Below, one piece after another: positions 59,645 to 64,000 of a DNA stretch of 64,000 nucleotides. A program made the translations under genes and the position numbers. Numbering within the stretch: position 1 is the stretch's first letter; each line of letters opens with the position of its first letter. The stretch lies in IMG/VR virus record IMGVR_UViG_3300020469_003050, positions 124,001 to 188,000 of that record, one strand, 5' to 3'. The notes under the pieces were generated by a model. The model ran no database searches. It worked only from the letters and a program-made list of their open reading frames with translations, and had not been told where the DNA came from.

Positions 59645-59821
59645 ATGAGTATACATGAACAAATCGTACAACAATACGAAAACTATTTAAGTGAACATGC
59701 CGCATGGGAAGACAAGGGCGTTAAAGCCGCGGCCGCTAGAGCAAGAAAGGCTTTAGGTGAAATTGGAAAACTTACAAAAGAAAGACGTAAAGAAATCCAA
59801 GAAAAGAAAAATAATATGTAA
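59645..59821 (+). CDS. histone H1-like Hc1-family small protein (58 aa)
   Basis: MSIHEQIVQQYENYLSEHAAWEDKGVKAAAARARKALGEIGKLTKERRKEIQEKKNNM; RBS AAGGAG; missed by the ORF track. Confidence 0.7.
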   Translation: MSIHEQIVQQYENYLSEHAAWEDKGVKAAAARARKALGEIGKLTKERRKEIQEKKNNM

Positions 59822-59828
59822 AAAGGTG

Positions 59829-59857
59829 TTGACAAGGCTTTCTGATAATGTTATTAT
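59829..59857 (+). promoter_or_regulatory. sigma70 promoter
   Basis: TTGACA-N17-TATTAT with TGn. Confidence 0.75.
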
Positions 59858-59863
59858 AGAGTC

Positions 59864-59927
59864 ATAATAAAAGATGCAAAGTGTCTCCTCTCAACCTCTC
59901 TCATCTAACTGAGCATCTTTTTTTATT
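59864..59927 (+). ncRNA. candidate small RNA with a C/U-rich anti-Shine-Dalgarno loop
   Basis: Directly after a promoter; 9 bp stem AAAAGATGC/GCATCTTTT encloses CTCCTCTCAACCTCTCTC; ends in a T-tract; no ORF. Confidence 0.5.
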
Positions 59928-59947
59928 CTCACACAGAGAGCAACACA

Positions 59948-59980
59948 AACCCGGCACTTCTGTGTCGGGTTTTTTTATTT
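59948..59980 (+). terminator. rho-independent terminator
   Basis: AACCCGGCAC-ttct-GTGTCGGGTT followed by a T-tract. Confidence 0.8.
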
Positions 59981-59995
59981 AGAAAGAGTCCGAAA

Positions 59996-60187
59996 ATGCA
60001 TAAGCCCGTTGATAAAAATAAAATTAAAGAAGAAGAAAAAGAAAAACTAAATAAACAAGTACAAGAATTTTTAAACAAAGGTGGAAAGATTTCCATCATG
60101 CCTGAAGGCGCAATCACAGAAGAAGGCCAACTGAATTATAAATTCAGACGTGGAAAGAAAAAGAACACAACTAATGAAAAAACGTAA
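59996..60187 (+). CDS. SutA-like RNA-polymerase-binding small protein
   Basis: KLNKQVQEFLNKGGKISIMPEG resembles the SutA EEFLxxGGKV motif. Confidence 0.55.
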   Translation: MHKPVDKNKIKEEEKEKLNKQVQEFLNKGGKISIMPEGAITEEGQLNYKFRRGKKKNTTNEKT

Positions 60188-60371
60188 ATTACTTAGTGGA
60201 GAAGAAGTAATTGAATTAGAACGTGCAACTACGTTAAAAGTTTACACAAAATGTCCTAACAAATACAAACTTATCGATATGGAAACAGGCGAAGAATATA
60301 TCGGTATTGATTCAGAAAACTCTCATTGGGACAAGATAGAAAAGAAAGTTTCAAAGGATGGCGAAACCTAA
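60174..60371 (+). CDS. hypothetical protein
   Basis: TKCPNKYKLIDMETGEEYIG; start at ATG 60174. Confidence 0.65.
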   Translation: MKKRKLLSGEEVIELERATTLKVYTKCPNKYKLIDMETGEEYIGIDSENSHWDKIEKKVSKDGET

Positions 60372-60591
60372 AGTACAAGGATGGGAATTCGATGTAGATG
60401 ATATACATTGGATTGAACATTCCCTTTCATATAGATTAGGAAGACTAATCAAACGTGAAGGCTTAGTTGAAAAAGAAACCAGTCGTTTAGCAATACAATC
60501 AGAAATAAAAGTCATAAGAGACTTGCAAGGTAAAATACATCATCAAAAGAATTTCTATAGACCCACTAAAGGGGTTTATGTTAGCGGTTAA
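60358..60591 (+). CDS. hypothetical protein
   Basis: 77 aa ORF overlapping the upstream stop. Confidence 0.6.
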   Translation: MAKPKVQGWEFDVDDIHWIEHSLSYRLGRLIKREGLVEKETSRLAIQSEIKVIRDLQGKIHHQKNFYRPTKGVYVSG

Positions 60592-60637
60592 CTTAACAAC
60601 GTTGTTAAGTTAGAGACATTTTTCCATAAATATTTGT

Positions 60638-60868
60638 ATGAAAGTGATTATGATTATTGTCTTTATCCTTGCCTCCGGAGAGCAGATTGTGCCTCAAGGT
60701 TGGGAGCCAAGACAAATGACTTCAATAGAAGAATGCCAACGCAAAAAATCTGCGGCTGTAGAATTTATCGAATACGGTATTTCTAATGGTCAGTTACCTA
60801 AACAATATATTGGGTACAAAGTTAGTTGTGTTGTACAAGAGATAGATATATTATCTCCGGAGAAATAA
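60638..60868 (+). CDS. small exported protein
   Basis: Hydrophobic N-terminus, two Cys; CATAAATA late-type promoter at 60625-32. Confidence 0.6.
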   Translation: MKVIMIIVFILASGEQIVPQGWEPRQMTSIEECQRKKSAAVEFIEYGISNGQLPKQYIGYKVSCVVQEIDILSPEK

Positions 60869-60869
60869 A

Positions 60870-60998
60870 ATGTTTAAGTGGCATAAAAAACAAACAGAAT
60901 ATTGGCAAAATAAATTTAATGTAGATTCATATACTATGATGTGGATAGCCTATGTTAAAGGCCTAATTATGGGTTTACTTATTGCTTGGTTTATTTAA
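60870..60998 (+). CDS. 42 aa membrane micro-protein
   Basis: MFKWHKKQTEYWQNKFNVDSYTMMWIAYVKGLIMGLLIAWFI; RBS GGAG. Confidence 0.55.
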   Translation: MFKWHKKQTEYWQNKFNVDSYTMMWIAYVKGLIMGLLIAWFI

Positions 60999-61521
60999 TA
61001 CCTTCAATGCAGTGACGTTCAAATACGTCTGAATTGTACTTCCAAAATTCTTCTGCACTTGTTAGTATCCAACAACCATTCTTCTCAGACTTGTAAGTTA
61101 CACTAATCGGTGAACGCCATCCGAGTCCATTCATACGGTCTTGAAACGCAACATAAGTTCCTATACGATTAAATTTCATAAAGATAATGTTAACATCACT
61201 ATCTTCTGCAATCTCCATAGTTTGTACAATCCAGTCCTCCAAAAGAGGAATTTTTTTATCATACAATAAATGGTGCCAAGGGAATTCTTTATAAAACTTA
61301 CACTCACAGTTAAAGTACTTCCAGTTATCAGGAGGTATAATATCTCCTTTAAAACCTCGTACTTGTCCTTCGCTTAAGTTAGTTGCTCTATGGAAATTAC
61401 TTCCACCTATAAATGCTCCAGAATTAGGGACACGTACAAAACTACCATTATATTTTTCACTTAGAAATTTTGCTTGTTCTCTTTCATATCCAGAACCCTT
61501 AGATTTGCTTTTACTTGGCAT
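60991..61521 (-). CDS. PD-(D/E)xK nuclease, Holliday junction resolvase-like
   Basis: SKGSGYEREQA...RVPNSGA...KGDI...ECKFYK. Confidence 0.8.
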   Translation of the reverse strand: MPSKSKSKGSGYEREQAKFLSEKYNGSFVRVPNSGAFIGGSNFHRATNLSEGQVRGFKGDIIPPDNWKYFNCECKFYKEFPWHHLLYDKKIPLLEDWIVQTMEIAEDSDVNIIFMKFNRIGTYVAFQDRMNGLGWRSPISVTYKSEKNGCWILTSAEEFWKYNSDVFERHCIEGIK

Positions 61522-61621
61522 ATGTTTAATCTCTTTTCATTATAAAAGGTCTAAAGACCTAATCCCAATTAATATTCATTCGTTAGCACTCATTCATATT
61601 AATCGGTATTTCTATTTCTTT

Positions 61622-61650
61622 ATTATATAACATTAATTGGTATAAGTCAA
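61622..61650 (-). promoter_or_regulatory. sigma70 promoter
   Basis: Minus strand TTGACT-N17-TATAAT. Confidence 0.7.
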
Positions 61651-61659
61651 ATGATATTA

Positions 61660-62135
61660 TATTATGAGTCTCTGTCCCGTGAAGAAGCCATAATTGCCCT
61701 GTTGCCAGGACAATTAAAAAATGGCTGTACAGAAAATCTTGTCTTATCTGTCCCTTGCTCATCGCCTCTATGTCTAAGTTAGTCGCTAGTTACGACGGAG
61801 TCGGTTGACGATCCCTCCTTAACTTAGTATTGCATCTTTCGATTCAACGGCACCCTTTATAATCCACATAGATAGAAACTATAAAAAGCAGATAGTGTTA
61901 TAAAAACCTATCATCGGTAATATTATACTAGTCAACCATGTTCTTTAGGAACCATGGCTGTTTTATGATTATGAATACTCTTTGTGGTTTACGAGAAGAA
62001 TGTCAGAATTCATCCTGACTAGTCCGACGGCAAACACTACGTTTGCAGTCTCAATCCCGTGTCGGCAACCCGACAAACGATTCCACTATGTATGCTGAGA
62101 TATTAGTCATTCCCTTTTCCTATTCGCCGAGATAT
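61660..62135 (-). ncRNA. candidate large structured non-coding RNA (~480 nt)
   Basis: GC-elevated, no credible ORF, at least eight stems, GCAA and GAAA tetraloops and G-U pairs that work on the minus strand. Confidence 0.6.
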
Positions 62136-62161
62136 ATATTAGATTGTATTAGTTTTATTAG

Positions 62162-62401
62162 TTATAGTATTGGCATTCCTGCCTTTTTACTCATTTCAAA
62201 ATTCTGGTCAATAATCTCATTCAGATGTTTGATATGATTCACTGGCATTTCATGAAGTTCTGAGATAGAAACCCCACCCCTCATGTACCAAGATAATTGT
62301 AACAGATTCTTATGTACCTTGTCAAGTTCTTTTTCAAACTTTTTTTGTTTTTCTGCAATTTCTTCACCGCTGGCGGTTGCTAGCCAGCCTAGGAAAAATT
62401 T
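62162..62401 (-). CDS. -1 frame extension of the gp26-like gene (gp51-like module), no own upstream start codon
   Basis: FLGWLATASGEEIAEKQKKFEKELDKVHKNLLQLSWYMRGGVSISELHEMPVNHIKHLNEIIDQNFEMSKKAGMPIL*; entered via the A_AAT_TTT heptamer. Confidence 0.6.
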   Translation of the reverse strand, partial: KFFLGWLATASGEEIAEKQKKFEKELDKVHKNLLQLSWYMRGGVSISELHEMPVNHIKHLNEIIDQNFEMSKKAGMPIL

Positions 62402-63222
62402 GCAGGATTAATCTCTATATTAACTTTTTGTACATGGTCGCATTCTGGACATTTAAATTCAAAATTGTTTAACGCTTCTGGCTTTTTAGCTATGTCTTTA
62501 ACTCTTTTATCCATATTTGTAACTACTGATGTAGGAACATTAGCAAGAAATTCAATAATTTGTTTCTTGTCAGTGACCTCACCTTCTGGTGTTTCTATCT
62601 TATCGATAGTCTCTGAAATCAAATCAACATTGTATTCAGCTACACGTTTGAAACTTTTGTAAAACTTTTTCGCAAGTTCCAACTCATCCTTATCATTAGT
62701 AATATCATTTTTGACATTATTAACGATTCGCTGTTCTTCAAGCTGGATAAGAGCAACCCGTGTAACACTTTCTAGTGTTGGTGGTCTCATATGGATTGTT
62801 AAATTTTCATATACTACAGGCTCAACCTTATTAATTTCAGGGAACTTGTTTAGTACAAAATCGATATCAATATTGAAATCATTCTTATTCTCACACTCTT
62901 TACATGTATGAGTATATGTGAGATTACTACCGTTTGTTGCGTATTGAATAGCCATATAAAGTGCTTCTGCATCAATGTTGCATAATTTTCTTGCATCTTT
63001 GATACTAGGAACACAACTTTCTATTAAAGAAATCATTGCCTCACCATTAAGAAGTGCATCTGGATTACGCATTGTAATCTCATCGATAGCAGTCATAGGC
63101 ATAACGCCCACTTCTTCAATAATAGTTTGGTCTATTTCTGGGTTAAATTTACCTTTAGTTGGTAAACTAACATATATAGCTGGCTTTCTAAAGTACTTAG
63201 TTAGCGGGTTATCGGTCATCAT
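62389..63222 (-). CDS. gp26: baseplate hub/tail assembly chaperone, T4 gp26-like
   Basis: NPLTKYFRKP...LPTKG...MTAIDEI...PDALLNG...CKEC...CPEC. Confidence 0.75.
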   Translation of the reverse strand: MMTDNPLTKYFRKPAIYVSLPTKGKFNPEIDQTIIEEVGVMPMTAIDEITMRNPDALLNGEAMISLIESCVPSIKDARKLCNIDAEALYMAIQYATNGSNLTYTHTCKECENKNDFNIDIDFVLNKFPEINKVEPVVYENLTIHMRPPTLESVTRVALIQLEEQRIVNNVKNDITNDKDELELAKKFYKSFKRVAEYNVDLISETIDKIETPEGEVTDKKQIIEFLANVPTSVVTNMDKRVKDIAKKPEALNNFEFKCPECDHVQKVNIEINPANFS

Positions 63223-63236
63223 TAATTCCTTGGATT

Positions 63237-63244
63237 GATAAATA
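63237..63244 (+). promoter_or_regulatory. late promoter GATAAATA
   Basis: Upstream of the tape-measure-like gene. Confidence 0.6.
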
Positions 63245-63288
63245 CACTTATAATAAACTTTAAGTGGTTATATACGTATATTTAGATG

Positions 63289-63317
63289 TATTATAAACTA
63301 CGAAGTTTAACTTGTCA
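63289..63317 (-). promoter_or_regulatory. sigma70 promoter for the gp26-like gene
   Basis: Minus strand TTGACA-agttaaacttcgtagtt-TATAAT (N17). Confidence 0.8.
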
Positions 63318-63331
63318 AGAGGTATTTTGTA

Positions 63332-64000
63332 ATGGCTGAAGGAAATGTGTATATTGAAGGTATTGATCCTTCGATCCCTGGTTGGGCAACCGAAACTACG
63401 ATGTCCCAAATACGCCAAATACTGGCTGGTTTAGCCGCAGACCAAGGCGCAACTAATAAAGCATTAGACCAAATGAAAAATAGTGAAGGTGGGGATGCCC
63501 AAAAAGCATATAAAGTTTTACATGATACATTGGGAGAAGTTAGACAACAAGGTGCTAAAGAACAAAAAGCTAACCAAGAAGAAAAGAATGATAGAACAAG
63601 GTTAGCTGGACAAAATACTAAAATAGCAGGATACTTTGAACAACTTATAAAACAAAGCGAAATATCAAATGAAATTGCCAGAAGTTCAGCCGAAAGAGAT
63701 AGAGAACAATTTATAAAGAAAACAACTGGTCAAAATCCAAATATCACAGAAGAAATGGCAGGTATGGAATTTGATAAAGAAAAACTTAAGAAAAACTTTG
63801 AAGATGTTAGTGCCGCAGTAGGAAAATCTGCAATCGGTATTTTAGCAAGTACAGGCATGATTAATAGTTTTATGGGCCAACAAACAGAAGACAGATTTAA
63901 TATGGCCCAAGAAATTAGACAGTCAGGTTTAATGGCAGGTTTTGATTCTGTGACTGCTAGTCTTTCAGAAATGTCTGGAATGATTAATGAAAATAACTTT
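63332..64000 (+). CDS. tape-measure-like protein (partial, runs off the right edge)
   Basis: MAEGNVYIEG...WATETTMSQI...; open for 223 codons; helical A/Q/E/K-rich; RBS AGAGG. Confidence 0.6.
   Translation, partial: MAEGNVYIEGIDPSIPGWATETTMSQIRQILAGLAADQGATNKALDQMKNSEGGDAQKAYKVLHDTLGEVRQQGAKEQKANQEEKNDRTRLAGQNTKIAGYFEQLIKQSEISNEIARSSAERDREQFIKKTTGQNPNITEEMAGMEFDKEKLKKNFEDVSAAVGKSAIGILASTGMINSFMGQQTEDRFNMAQEIRQSGLMAGFDSVTASLSEMSGMINENNF

Noticed and set aside
61740-61830. GTCAACCGACT and TAGACATAG (minus strand) resembling group I intron R/S elements
   Set aside because: P7 pairing cannot be formed convincingly, and no interrupted gene flanks the region.
61660-62135. Possible RNase P RNA, tmRNA or tRNA cluster
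   Set aside because: No P4 GAGGAAAGUC/ACAGAA pair, no tRNA-like acceptor or T-arm, no CCA ends.
62043-62237. 64 aa plus-strand ORF overlapping the structured region
   Set aside because: No RBS, antisense to the gp51-like frame and the putative RNA, and no protein motif.
1551-62911. Many short ORF-track entries antisense or out of frame within long genes (e.g. 1551-1754, 4065-4505, 31853-32215, 39336-40112, 52854-53426, 62465-62662)
   Set aside because: Shadow ORFs of well-supported genes, with no RBS or motifs and composition typical of antisense codons.
1-64000. CRISPR array, transposase, integrase or homing endonuclease
   Set aside because: No regularly spaced direct repeats or corresponding protein motifs seen. 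The repeated promoters are kilobases apart.
1-64000. Stop-codon reassignment as in some jumbo phages
   Set aside because: Genes are full length under code 11, and TAA, TAG and TGA all end genes with tight coupling to the next start.

Overview
An AT-rich, gene-dense 64 kb segment of a large T4-like myophage. The gene set and order resemble GAP32/RAK2-type jumbo phages, and the host is probably marine and possibly alphaproteobacterial (inferred, not proven). The standard genetic code is used. I found no tRNA, rRNA, CRISPR array or transposase. From left to right: (i) 1-5.2 kb: accessory genes (SGNH-like protein, AdoMet decarboxylase homolog, cytidylyltransferase-cupin fusion, secreted FG-GAP protein). 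(ii) 5.3-26.6 kb: a ~21 kb glycan building and tailoring island (NDP-sugar cupin, C-methyltransferase, epimerase, DegT aminotransferase, Fcl-like reductase, a GT-like/sulfotransferase-like/methyltransferase fusion, five radical SAM enzymes, a Stf0-like sulfotransferase, SGNH-like proteins, three GT-A-like proteins). (iii) 26.6-42.9 kb: virion and baseplate genes including gp6- and gp25-like. (iv) 43-45.7 kb: ClpP, a secreted polysaccharide-lyase-like protein and small genes with a shared promoter type. (v) 45.7-55 kb: hub and spike genes. (vi) 55-61.5 kb: gp55-like sigma factor, gp47/SDR/gp46, Hc1-like and SutA-like small proteins, a candidate anti-Shine-Dalgarno small RNA and a resolvase. (vii) 61.6-64 kb: a ~500 nt highly structured non-coding region, a gp26-like gene with a candidate -1 ribosomal frameshift, and the start of a tape-measure-like gene. 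The strongest leads are the radical SAM/glycan island, the large structured RNA, the frameshift, the anti-SD RNA and an operator-like motif present at all four divergent gene junctions. All family assignments come from motif recognition by eye; no database searches were run.
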